Origin: Octopus bimaculoides | Lineage: Eukaryota | NCBI RefSeq assembly: GCF_001194135.2 | Contig: NC_068990.1 | Location: forward strand, 79,296,240 to 79,349,534 | Direction: 5' to 3' | Length of the DNA: 53,295 bases | Notes under the pieces: model-generated | What the model was told of the DNA's origin: nothing | The model's database searches: none | What the model saw: only the letters and a program-made list of their open reading frames with translations | In this document: positions 1 through 10,898 of the stretch, one piece after another | Position numbering within the stretch: position 1 is the stretch's first letter | Layout: every line of letters begins with the position of its first letter | Position numbers and translations under genes: made by a program

Positions 1-19
1 TATATACATACATATATAG

Positions 20-213
20 AGTGAATCCAAACAAAGAAGAACAAACAAGAAAAAACAATAACGCGAGGACGTGGTACAAGCACTGTATTATCAGTCGCTC
101 AGGAAAGAAGGAAAGAGTATTTAGCGTTTCGAGCCTTGCTCTTCTTCAGAAATAGAGGAAAGTCCAAAGGAAGGGAAGACAGAGGAAGAAAATCACCAAC
201 GATACACACGCGG
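20..213 (-). mobile_element. Penelope-like (pLTR-type) repeat with a degenerate minimal hammerhead motif
   Basis: Minus strand at 116-154 reads TATTT-CTGAAGA-A-GAGC-AAG-GCTC-GAAAC-GCT-AAATA. Follows a (TA)n tract. Similar to 53010-53290. The Penelope assignment rests on the known PLE-hammerhead association. Confidence 0.55.
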
Positions 214-245
214 TTAATGTCGGTGTAGGTGTTATTGACGGTGAC

Positions 246-285
<40 letters not shown>

Positions 286-286
<1 letters not shown>

Positions 287-575
287 ACTCTCCCGTCGTT
301 AGACGACGTATGAGGATTCGTCAATTTCTTACGGATCAACCACACAGGTGATTTGTTTATCGTGATCAAATGTTTGTGCAGACATAAGCTCACTCCCTCC
401 ATCAGATCAACATTACCTGTACAGGTGCAATGGGTGTCACATCTCAGATATTGAAATGGTTGCAGAGCTACGTGAAATGAAGTACTTTGCTCAAGAACAC
501 AACACAACGCCAGGTCTGGGAATCGAACCCACGATCTCACAATCGTGAGTGCAACACCTTAACCACTAAGCCATA
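286..575 (-). mobile_element. tRNA-derived SINE (family D)
   Basis: Minus-strand head TGGCTTAGTGG (A box) ... GGTTCGATTCC (B box). Body and tail related to 13040-13360 and 47160-47425. Confidence 0.7.
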
Positions 576-734
576 TATATTAAGGTTATATGTATAGGCT
601 TTTGAGGGATTGCTTCTGCATTGGTATGGGTATGTTTTTTTACAGAAAAATCCAACGGGTAGAGTTCCTTTCGCCGCAGTTTCTTCTTCCTCTGTGGAGA
701 GTCACTCAGACCCTCTTGAAAAGGAACGGAGTAC

Positions 735-1089
735 ACCAGAGTAAGCACATAAATGGGAAAGAAAGTGGGAGAAAATAGTACTCGAATGCCAGAGGTAGAG
801 TAATAGGCTTTATCATTAATAAAGCTGTAAAAACATCACAAAAATATCATTAAAAACTGCTACTCAGAGTTTTGAGTTCCCATTCGTCGGACAGTTGTGA
901 TTAAGAATCCTTAATTCTTGTCCTATTCTTAATCCCAACTGTCCGACGAACGTGAAACTCTGAGTAGCAGTTTTTTGTGATATTCTTTGTGATGTTTGTG
1001 CAGCTTTATTAATAAACCCTATTACTCTACCTTCGGTATTCGAGTACTATTTTTTCCATCTTGTTTCACATTTATGTGCTTACTCTGGT
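735..1089. repeat. Long imperfect inverted repeat (arms ~735-908 and ~925-1089, 16-nt loop)
   Basis: ACCAGAGTAAGCACATAAATG...ATTAAGAAT pairs with ATTCTTAAT...CATTTATGTGCTTACTCTGGT. Each arm carries a hammerhead-like remnant. Confidence 0.9.
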
Positions 1090-1098
1090 AAATATATA

Positions 1099-1330
1099 TC
1101 TACAATATAAATTGGACATGGGCGACCGTTGTATTCTTTCTTGTCTCGAGGTTCACGGCCAAACGGCTGGGTGGATTCGTGTGAAAAATGGCGCGCATGT
1201 GGAGACGGGTGCATAGATTGNNNNNNNNNNTGGCGCGCATGTGGAGACGGGTGCATAGATTGGAACGCACTTTATATTTTTTCCTAGCCCCCATAGTTAC
1301 CGAGAAAATCGATTAAAACAACCTGCGTGC
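1099..1330 (+). mobile_element. Possible non-autonomous Helitron-like element 5' end
   Basis: A|TC start TCTACAATATAAA followed by CACGGCCAAACGGCTGGGTGGATT, a motif typical of such elements. No 3' CTRR end seen. Confidence 0.35.
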
Positions 1331-1779
1331 GTGTGCGTGAATGTGTGTCACTGAGGCCATTCATACATACATACATACATACATTCATACATACATAAAT
1401 ACATACATACATACATAATCATTCTCTCTCTCGGTTTTTCTCTGTCAATCACTCACTACAAAAACTGAAAGTAGCTTCCAGGAAGTAGCTTATCCTTGGA
1501 ACTTTCCAGGAAGTAGTTTATCCTCGGAGCTTTCCAGGATCTTAACATTTCAAGCAACTGCGTCCTCCTTCGCAGACAAAAGCAGGGATACATTTATCTG
1601 CTTTACTGATACACTTTCTCTCTCTCTCTCTCTCTCAAAACTTAAACCTTTCTGGAAATGTCAAAATGCTACAAAAGAAACAAAATGGAAGGAATCGAGT
1701 CACGTTTTTATTCCTTTTTCCTAAAACAGCGAAACACTGACAGCTCCTCATTTCTCTTCTCGCTGCAGTGATTGTATTT

Positions 1780-2190
1780 GGAATGGATCCCAACACAACG
1801 AAGAAGGATGAGCCCAATAAATCATGGAATGGATCCCAACACAACGAAGAAAAATGAGCCCAATAAATCATGGAATGGATCCCAATACAACGAAGGATGA
1901 GCCCAATAGATCATGGAATGGACCCCAACACAACGAAGAAGGATGAGCCCAATAAATCATGGAATGGATCCCAACACAACGAAGAAGGATGAGCCCAATA
2001 AATCATGGAATGGATCCCAATACAACGAAGAAGGATGAACCCAATAAATCATGGAATTGATCCCAACACAACGAAGAAGGATGAGCCCAATAAATCATGG
2101 AATGGATCCCAACACAACGAAGAAGGATGAGCCCAATAAATCATGGAATGGATCCCAACACAACGAAGAAGGATGAGCCCAATAAATCAT
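1780..2190 (+). repeat. 46-bp minisatellite, 9 copies
   Basis: Unit GGAATGGATCCCAACACAACGAAGAAGGATGAGCCCAATAAATCAT. Eight 46-bp units plus one 43-bp unit = 411 bp, few substitutions, no spacers. Confidence 0.95.
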
Positions 2191-2496
2191 GTCTTCTAAC
2201 CTGACGGATGAATTCTTTATAACCAGATTCGGTTTCTGCGCAGAACTAAGGCTGTCATAAGGTATGGGTAGATTGGTCAGTTTCCCTGGAAGGGAGTCTT
2301 CACGAGTCTAGGGATCTAATTCTGATCTATATATGTTGTGGCTTCCTGTCGGAATATAAATACTAAAGGGGTCCAAATCAGGCGCGTGGCTTCGTGGTCA
2401 GGAAATTCGCATCACGATCGTAAGGTCGTGAGATCGGTTTCCAGTAGCGCGTGGGGACTGGCGGTGGTGGGGGGAGTTTGAAAGGGTCCTTTCTTG

Positions 2497-2705
2497 TTTT
2501 GGCACAAGGCCTGCAATTTTGAGGTGTGAGGAAGTGGACTACATCGATATCCAATGCTCAACTGGTACTTATTTTATCGAACCCGACAGGATGAAAGGCA
2601 AAGTCGACCCCAGTGGGAGAATTTGAACTCAGAACGTAAAGGCAAACGACACACCGCTTTGCATTTTGTCCGGTGGACAAGAGATTCTGTCAAGTCGCAG
2701 CCTTG
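2497..2705 (-). mobile_element. tRNA-derived SINE (family B, Nin/Deu-like core)
   Basis: Reverse complement of the TTCATCC..GGGTCGATAAAATAAGTACCAG core shared with 9923, 14040, 18047, 27188 and 51301. Confidence 0.65.
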
Positions 2706-4179
2706 GAAGAGTTCGTAATGGTGCTAATAGCAAAGTTTGGTAAATAGCGTTAGAAATTGTGTAACAAATATTTGATGGCAAAGTTGTATAAATACTGGTG
2801 AGACAGCGGGAAAATTTGATGTTTTGAGGCAAGAATTTAGAAAGCAAAATCCATGGCAGTAAATTTTTGAGGTTTAAGGAATGAATCGAAAAAAATTTTT
2901 ATTGCAAATCAAATGTGTCCGTTAAAATACAAGGGAAGTAACTTGGTTATTTTGTAAAGACAATGTAAGGGAGATAACCGAGGTATGTCAAATGGTCATA
3001 GGAGCCTTAAGAGGTAGATAAGAGCTGTTTGGATTAAAACTGCATATTTTCAATAATGATGACAGCTTTTTGTCGTCTAAATAGGTCAGACATTGTTTCT
3101 TTAACTTACACAGTCCAGACATTATGGGAGAAACTTGGTTTTAATTTCCACTTGAAACATTTTTCTCTTCGTCAATGTTTAGTTTTGTGAATGTCTTTAC
3201 CGTTTTTATGAGAGTGGCTTGATTTCTTTGTTACTTTAAACTCTGATATTTGCTACAATAACTGTGGAAACAAACTACTTCGGAATTGAGTTTTCTTAGA
3301 AATAATTCATTCTTGTGAAGAGCTGTTGGATATAAAACTCAAAACAGGATTGTATCAAGATTAATGTCACAACTGTTGACTGACTTCATAGAAGAACATT
3401 CTGACTCTGTAACAATTAGCTCTATATATAAGCACTTACAATGGTAGACGGGTCCTGGAAAATCCTGTTTTATCCTACGTCCAACAAGCAACAACGATGA
3501 GATTTTTAGACAGTTGAAGCCAGTGGTTGAGTTGAGGTTTTAGGTTGAGTTTTATTCTCTCTTGACCAAGCAAAAGGTAGAAGACAGGTGGAATACTGCC
3601 AGGTACTCTGGTCGTTTACTCTCTTAAATTTACATGATGTCAGAGATTATCTGTTAGAGAGATTTGGAGGAATATTTAGTAATTCCTAGCTATCTTAGCT
3701 GGCCATTGCTTGTATCAATGTCCAGTTAAATTGAAACCAGCCTTATAAATATGGATATAATAGGAATCACAGAACTATTTTTTGTGGTTTATTTTAATGC
3801 CTTACCTTTTGCTGTCTCCAGTGTTATGTCAAAGTTCTGCAAATACATCAGATTCTAAATATAAAAGATTTATTAGAGCAACTTAAAGTAATCCAACCAT
3901 TCCAGATAAAAGCCAGCTAAATTCCCAGTTAGGAATTAACAGCTGAGCTGAGCTGAAGGAAATCACCTTCTCATTCAAAAATGTGTCTTATTTTATATTT
4001 AATCGTATTCACTTTTTGTTTCAAAAGTAATTTCTTTCTATTTTCATAAATTGTGTATACATTAATTTCTTTGTTTGTGTTTAATGGAATTTTAATTACA
4101 ATATTTACATTCAGTGATTTTTGTGTCAGCTTAAAAGTTTTAGTCTTCTTTCAATTTACAAGTTCAAACTTTTCCAGCA

Positions 4180-4490
4180 CTTTGAGTAGGTGTCTTCTAC
4201 TATAGCTTTGGACTGACCAAAGCCTTGTGAGTGGAACTGGTAGATGGAAACCAAAAGAAGCCCATCATAGATATGTGTATATCTACGTGCATGTGTGTTT
4301 GTCCCCCACCACAACCACCACCACCACTTGACAAACCAGTATTGGTGTGTTTACATCCTCGTAACTTAGCGGTTCAGCAAAAGTATCTGATAGAATAAAT
4401 GCCAGGCTTTAAAAAAAAAGTTAAGTCCCTTCAAGGCAGTGCTCCAGCATGGCCACAGTCAAATGACTGAAGGAAATAAAAGAAAAAAAC
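4180..4490 (+). mobile_element. SINE family A (CORE-like), 5'-truncated
   Basis: Shares GTGTCTTCTACTATAGC...CCAAAGCCTTGTGAGTGG...GCTCCAGCATGGCCACAGTC with copies at 8730, 31540, 40215 and 41812. Confidence 0.65.
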
Positions 4491-4883
4491 ATTTTATGGA
4501 ATAATTTTAATATTCTGTTCCTGGGGCTAAATAACAGTAACATTCTTGCCTTTCATGGGACTTCCACATTAAATTGGCAATAAGCCATCACTTTATCATG
4601 CTGTTTACTGCATAACTCTCCCTCAGAGATTCAGAAATATAATATTTCTATTTTTGTCGATCAGTGAATGTTTTTCACTTGGATTTCAGTTTTAATATTG
4701 TTTTAGTTTATGAAGTTAATGACTAATGAAGCTGGTAGCATCATATGTACAAATCATCAAAATGTATTTAGCTACAGCCCATTAGATTAGTTCAAAGGTC
4801 AACTTTGACCTTCGACCTTTCTGCAGGTGATCTAAACAACTATATTCCTCTTAAACAAGTTCCTGTTTTGAGTCTAAATTAGA

Positions 4884-4914
<31 letters not shown>

Positions 4915-6558
4915 CAAGGTCACCAATTTCGGGGGGGGGGNNNNNNNNNNNNNNNNNNNNNNNNNNNNNNNNNNNNNNNNNNNNNNNNNNNNNNNNNNNN
5001 NNNNNNNNNNNNNNNNNNNNNNNNNNNNNNNNNNNNNNNNNNNNNNNNNNNNNNNNNNNNNNNNNNNNNNNNNNNNNNNNNNNNNNNNNNNNNNNNNNNN
5101 NNNNNNNNNNNNNNNNNNNNNNNNNNNNNNNNNNNNNNNNNNNNNNNNNNNNNNNNNNNNNNNNNNNNNNNNNNNNNNNNNNNNNNNNNNNNNNNNNNNN
5201 NNNNNNNNNNNNNNNNNNNNNNNNNNNNNNNNNNNNNNNNNNNNNNNNNNNNNNNNNNNNNNNNNNNNNNNNNNNNNNNNNNNNNNNNNNNNNNGACTAG
5301 TGGTGGATTGGTCCAGTGTAGTTTTTGAAGCTGGGTTCTAGAAATATTTGTCATGGGAATGTGAAGAGAAAAAAAAAAAAAGAATAAGAGGAAAGGGAAA
5401 AATCTAGATACAAAAGAAAGGCTGTCAAGATTCTCAAAGAATTTTTAGCAGATTTGGAATTAAGTAAGATTTATGTTTTATGAAATTGAATAAGTCTAAA
5501 ACAGCTCTGCCGAGCGAGGGATGCACCAACAGAGGTTCCACCTCCTGCAAACAGAACAGGATTGCAGGAGGAACAAAGAAAATGTGAACTACACAAGTCT
5601 AAAACCAACTTCTTGTCTTCAATGCCAACTGACCACCAATGGCCCAACTCTGCAGCAGAGCCTCCTGAGCACACATCAGATTGGTTGACCACAACTGGAC
5701 ACATTGTGCTCTGTCCTCCCATGGGATGTCTTTGTTCACCATTGACAATGATGGACAAGCTAATAAATAATAATTTGCTTGAATACAATTAACTTGTTCT
5801 GTGGATGATAATTTAGTTTAGTTCTGCTTCTTGGAGATACTGAAGAATTTAGGGCCAAGTTTTGAAGTTTTGTTCATTTGGATGTTGCTAAAAATAAGAA
5901 GTTTTGAGTTGTATCATGTCTTAATAAGGAATTTGGGTATTATCAGATGAAAAACCGACTGTGATAATCCTCAAAGTCTGTTGATGGTTTAAAAGCTTCT
6001 CCTTTTCTGCCTCTCTTCATCATTTACCAATGTACATAATCCAGAACTCTCACCCAAATTGTTTTCAATGCCACCAGATTTTAATCAATGGAGATTTGTA
6101 TAACTTTCTAACTGGATTTCCGTTGTGATACAGTCGTCGTCATCGGTGGCATCGTTATTGTTATTACTATTATTATTCAGGTCACTGCCTGGAATCAAAC
6201 TCGGAATCTTGGGGTTAGTAGCTCGCGTTCTTAACCACTACGCCATATATCTGTCAAATGTAAATAATGTAAATAATGAAAGAAGCTCATCATATGTGTG
6301 TGCATGTGTGTGGGGGGGGGGGGGTGTTAGTGTTTCCCTGCAGTGACATCTCATTATAGTCGTAAAGGAGCATCACTGTCATATAAGTGGTGATGTTTCA
6401 TTTCCAATAATTCCATGGAAACATGACCACCCCTGGGGAAATATTCCGTTGCTAGGAAACTGATGAGGGTTGGTGACAGGAAAGACATCCAGCTGTAGAA
6501 AATCTGCCACAGTAAGATTTGCATCCAACCCATGCAAGCATGGAAAAGTGGATGTTAA

Positions 6559-6778
6559 TCCTTTAGCATTCAGATTTCTCTGTTGAATGTAATGCTCATT
6601 TATTCCCATTGAGATGAATTAGTCATGTATGACCTTATAGCTTTGAGATTTTAATGACGTGATTGCTTATTCTTAGAACAACATTGTAAGGTAGGTGTAA
6701 GTGGCCAGATCTGGCCAGTTTGAAGATAACACAGGAAGAATATTTTGGCCAAATACGGCCAGTTTAAATGCTAAAAAG
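6559..6778. mobile_element. piggyBac-like MITE (220 bp) with TTAA target duplication, nested in a SINE tail
   Basis: TTAA|TCCTTTAGCATT...AATGCTAAAAAG|TTAA. It separates a SINE 3' end from its (GAT)n tail. Sister copy at 24103-24322. Confidence 0.7.
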
Positions 6779-7009
6779 TTAAGGCAATGAATGATGATGA
6801 TGATGATGATGATGATGTGGGTGTCTTCATAATGTATTTTGTAAGTACTTCATTCATTAAAAACACAATAATGTACTGACTTCATACAAAATTCAACTTC
6901 ATTTCTTTAAGATTCATTAACAAACTCGCACACAAATAGACAAAATATTACAAAGGTTAGATACCATGAAGGTGGCCATACTTATAGTCCAATAAACGAT
7001 GGGGGTTAA

Positions 7010-7857
7010 TCATATCAGATCATAGACGTTTGGTTGCAAAGATGGACACGGACTGAGGGACGGTAAACAACCCTCAATGTGTTCGCGCATCAATAAGAAA
7101 GTACTTTCTTCCCAGTCAGCAGAACTGTGGCTGTCTGTGACAAAGCTAGAGTCCAATGGATACAACAAGTCTGCAGACAACTGCTGTTGTTGGCTGCTGC
7201 TGCTGCTGTTGTTGTTGTTGTTGTTGTTGTAGTTATATAGGCATTTCTTTAGAAACGGCAGCTCATCCAAGTTGAATTGGGCAGCACTGAGTGCAGTGTT
7301 GTTATTGTTGCTAGTTGTACTGTAGTTGCAAATAGTCCTTGGATCGTTATTAGTGGCAGTGGCAGCAGCAGCAGCGGCAGCGGCGGCTGCAGTGGCTATG
7401 TTACCATTAAATAACAATGTATTAAGAGGCTCCGTCAGTGCTGGAACATCAGGTAAGGGTGGTGTCGGTGACATGCTGCTCTCTAGGGTCATTGGTGGAA
7501 CAAGATTATAAGAGGAGGCGGAGGAAGATGAAGAGGTTGAGCAGGTGGATGAGGCAGATGACCCTGTATAACAGGTGGACGATGACAAGGGTGACAGGGA
7601 TGATGTAGATGAAGATAATGAAGAAGGAAAAGAAAGTGTTGTCGGGGTGGCTGTGTCGATGGACAAAGAGGCTAGCGATCCACTGTTGTTGACACAAGAT
7701 GATAATGAACTGGACGAAGAACCAGAGACCGGGCTGTCACTTCCATCATCAGAGGCAAATAATAAGCTGACTCCATTCTGGGATTCTTCCGGAAGCTTCT
7801 CTGGGTCGTGCATTATCGAAGTTTTAATACTAATCTGCCTGAAGGCCTTCAAGAAAC
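7010..7857 (-). CDS. MLXIPL-like: Mondo-like gene, terminal coding exon (DCD end plus long low-complexity tail)
   Basis: Acceptor ttcccattgcAG|GT completes G|GT = Gly. FLKAFRQISIKTSIMHDPEKLPEE matches Mondo LNSLRQLGTSTSILTDP..IPE. Open for 281 codons to a stop at 7010-7012. The upstream part of ORF 7010..8017 is intronic (TA)n. Confidence 0.88.
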
Positions 7858-7965
7858 CTGCAATGGGAACAAAAAACAGAAAGTGAATAGACAGAGACAA
7901 GCATAGATAGATAAATAGACAGACAGATAAATAAACACACATATATATATCATAAATATCATATA

Positions 7966-8010
<45 letters not shown>

Positions 8011-8241
8011 ATATCATACATTTATATAACAGATATACCCAAGTTAAAGAGAATAATGAAATTTAAAAACACTGTCTAAATTACATGGGTCTCAACTCTT
8101 AGTAGCTGAGATACCAACTTTCTACATTAATAATTCTCCAACCCATGCCAGCATCGAACATAGACGTTAAGTGAAATGTTAAAAGAAAGTTTTCAGTCAT
8201 ATATGTATAGAAAGTTAATACACATAATTCAAAAACGTGTG

Positions 8242-8278
<37 letters not shown>

Positions 8279-8518
8279 NNNNNNNNNNNNNNNNNNNNNN
8301 NNNNNNNNNNNNNNNNNNNNNNNNNNNNNNNNNNNNNNNNNNNNNNNNNNNNNNNNNNNNNNNNNNNNNNNNNNNNNNNNNNNNNNNNNNNNNNNNNNNN
8401 NNNNNNNNNNNNNNNNNNNNNNNNNNNNNNNNNNNNNNNNNNNNNNNNNNNNNNNNNNNNNNNNNNNNNNNNNNNNNNNNNNNNNNNNNNNNNNNNNNNN
8501 NNNNNNNNNNNNNNNNNN

Positions 8519-8549
<31 letters not shown>

Positions 8550-9255
8550 TGTATATATATATATTCATATATATGTGTACATAATGAAAAGTTTTTGATG
8601 TTTTAAGCCTACACTCTTTGACAGAATGGGTTGAGAGGTAAAAAAATGGAGAAAGAAAGAAAACAATGTACTGGATTAATGTTTTAACATGATGATGGAG
8701 ATATAACTACACACACACACACAAAATATAGCTGTGTGGTTAAGATGTTTGCTTCCCCAACAAACGGTCTTGGATTCTGTCCTACTGTTTGTCACTTTGG
8801 GCAAGTGTCTTCCACTATAAGCCTCAGACCAACCAAAGCCTTCTGAGTGGGAAGCCTGACAGGTATACATACGGGTGTTGTGTGTGTGTGTGTGTGTGTG
8901 TGTGTTTGTATTGATGGATGGATGCATGCATGCATGGATACGTATGTGGGTGGATGTCTTTGTTTTGCCATCATGTTCTAGTTGTAAATGAGTGTCACTG
9001 TGATATAAGCAGTGCCATTCATTTCCAAAATTCTGCAAAAACATTTCTAGTCAAGTGGGGGGGGAGATATTACGTTTCTTGGAAACAGGTGAGGGTTGGG
9101 GACAGGAAGAGCACCATCCGACCCATGCTAGCATGGAAAAGTGTACATTAAATGTTGATGAAATGATCACACACAGACACACATTGACAGGTTTTAAACC
9201 TTGTTAAACTTGTGCACATCGTGCACCCTGATGCACCAAGATGCACCCTACTCAC

Positions 9256-9385
9256 CCTGCCTCAAATTGGTCAATGAAAGAAATTCTTCTTGCCAACAAT
9301 GTAAGCTTTCTAAAAAACTCTGCGTTGTTTTGGTCACCACTGTCTTGTTGAAGGAGTTGAACAATGGCTTGATAAAAAAACTGAA
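9256..9385 (-). CDS. MLXIPL-like: Mondo-like gene, DCD (dimerization and cytoplasmic localization domain) exon; absent from the ORF track
   Basis: Acceptor aatattcAG|TTC and donor CAGG|GTgagt. 130 nt, FSFFIKPLFNSFNKTVVTKTTQSFLESLHCWQEEFLSLTNLRQ plus 1 nt. Aligns by eye to the Mondo DCD FSILIRPLFESFN...WLDQYCSLPALRP. Confidence 0.9.
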
Positions 9386-9438
9386 CTGAATATTGGTGAA
9401 GGAAACCAACAGGAAGTAATTATAAAAATAATTAGTAT

Positions 9439-9719
9439 TAGAAATAATACATTTCTAAATCTCTCAGAGAGATTTATGCAGTAGTGATACGATGAAGTAG
9501 TTGAATGCTGTCAACTTAATGTGACAGTCCCTTGAAGGGAATAATATTACTGTTGGTTAGACCTGGGTGGAGGTGCTTGTCTCCCCCTTGTAAACATAAG
9601 GACACAGGAAATGTGTCAAGGCCAACAGGAAGCAGTGCAGCTTCCTAGGTCTAACCAACAGTAGTATTATTCCCTTCAGGGGACTGTCACATTAAGTTGA
9701 CAGCATACAACTACTTCAT
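9439..9719. mobile_element. Hairpin-type non-autonomous DNA element with 76-bp inverted arms and a one-sided 53-bp extension
   Basis: Arms at 9492-9567 and 9644-9719 are reverse complements. An internally deleted inverted sister copy lies at 34142-34290. Confidence 0.75.
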
Positions 9720-9922
9720 AATTAGTATTAATTAGAATATTTTGTTTGAGTTAGAGAAGGAAGGGCAACAATCATGGTGTTTCCCGAGACCTTAAAGACT
9801 CGTGAGAGAAAAGGAGAATGTTATTTTCAGATGGGCAACCAATTCACTATTTGCAACAATTTAGATTCAAGAAGCACACAGTGGTCATGTCAAACAGAGA
9901 AATGGATTAGGTCTGCCACACA

Positions 9923-10128
9923 GGCGGCGAGCTGGCAGAAACGTTAGCACGCCGGGCGAAATGCTGAGCGGTATTTCGTCTGCCGCTACGTTCTGAGTTC
10001 AAATTCCTTTCGGGGTCGATTAAATAAGTACCAGTTACGCACTGGGGTCGATATAATCAACTTAATCCGTTTGTCTGTCCTTGTTTGTCCCCTCTGTGTG
10101 TAGCCCCTTGTGGGTAGTAAAGAAATAA
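9923..10128 (+). mobile_element. SINE family B, CpG-rich (likely young) copy
   Basis: Head GGCGGCGAGCTGGCAGAAACG...GAGTTCAAATTCC (A/B boxes) and core TTTCGGGGTCGATTAAATAAGTACCAG. Confidence 0.75.
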
Positions 10129-10846
10129 CACAGAGCCATATCAACAAGAAAACTGCTGCCAATTCATAAAGAAACAACTAAAATTCTTAGATGAATATAC
10201 AACCCCCACCATCACAAACTGTTTCCATTCTTCTCTCATCATTGAGTTTAAAGATCTTTTATCCGTTACTTAAAGATTAAACATGCTTTATATTTCCTCT
10301 TCTTAACATTTATCTCTTTTTCTTCTCCTTCATGACATTCAACCTGTATTCCTTCTGGACTCGTATCATCATGTCACATTGAATTACAAGAAAACACCAG
10401 ATTGCTGGGACACCAATGGAAACTGTCTTCCTATAATGTAACTCCTGCCAGGTTTGCAGACCAAACCCTCTCCAAGTTTAATTAACAGAGAAATAACCTG
10501 AATATGTCTAATCGTTCAATATGATGTGTGATTTGATAAAGAAGTTTCTATGAAACAAGCTGGCCCAAGATCTCAAGACTTACTTTATCCCAAAATATCA
10601 CAGAGTTCAGAAGAAAATAGCTGGATGCTTTTATCCCCGTTCAAACTATTAGAGACGGTTTTATCAGTAAATGACAGGAAAGGATTACAGTCATTAACCA
10701 AGGTCACTGTGGAACACAAGCTTCAAACTTACAATTCTTTAAGTCAAGTGTTCCAACCATTTTGCTTCACAGCCATTGAATACCTGCTGGAAAAAAAGAC
10801 AAATACAAACACAGACACACACACACACACATAGAGATATAAACAT

Positions 10847-10898
<52 letters not shown>

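Noticed and set aside
1189-1262. 32-bp direct repeat
   Set aside because: Identical copies flank a 10-N gap, which is typical of a contig-overlap artefact.
1780-2190. CRISPR array
   Set aside because: The units are contiguous with no unique spacers, the context is eukaryotic and there are no cas genes. It is a minisatellite.
5471-5792. ORFs on both strands
   Set aside because: No recognisable domain or splice partners.
6178-6248. tRNA gene (and other tRNA-like heads at 500-575, 2381-2455, 13040, 41812)
   Set aside because: A and B boxes are present but the cloverleaf stems pair poorly and run into SINE bodies or (AAT)n tails. These are SINE heads.
7575-7886. Acidic 103-aa + strand ORF
   Set aside because: Antisense shadow of the Ser-rich Mondo-like terminal exon.
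7858-8017. N-terminal part of ORF 7010..8017 as a single-exon gene
   Set aside because: It translates a (TA)n tract and a polypyrimidine stretch. A clear acceptor at 7858 joins the DCD exon.
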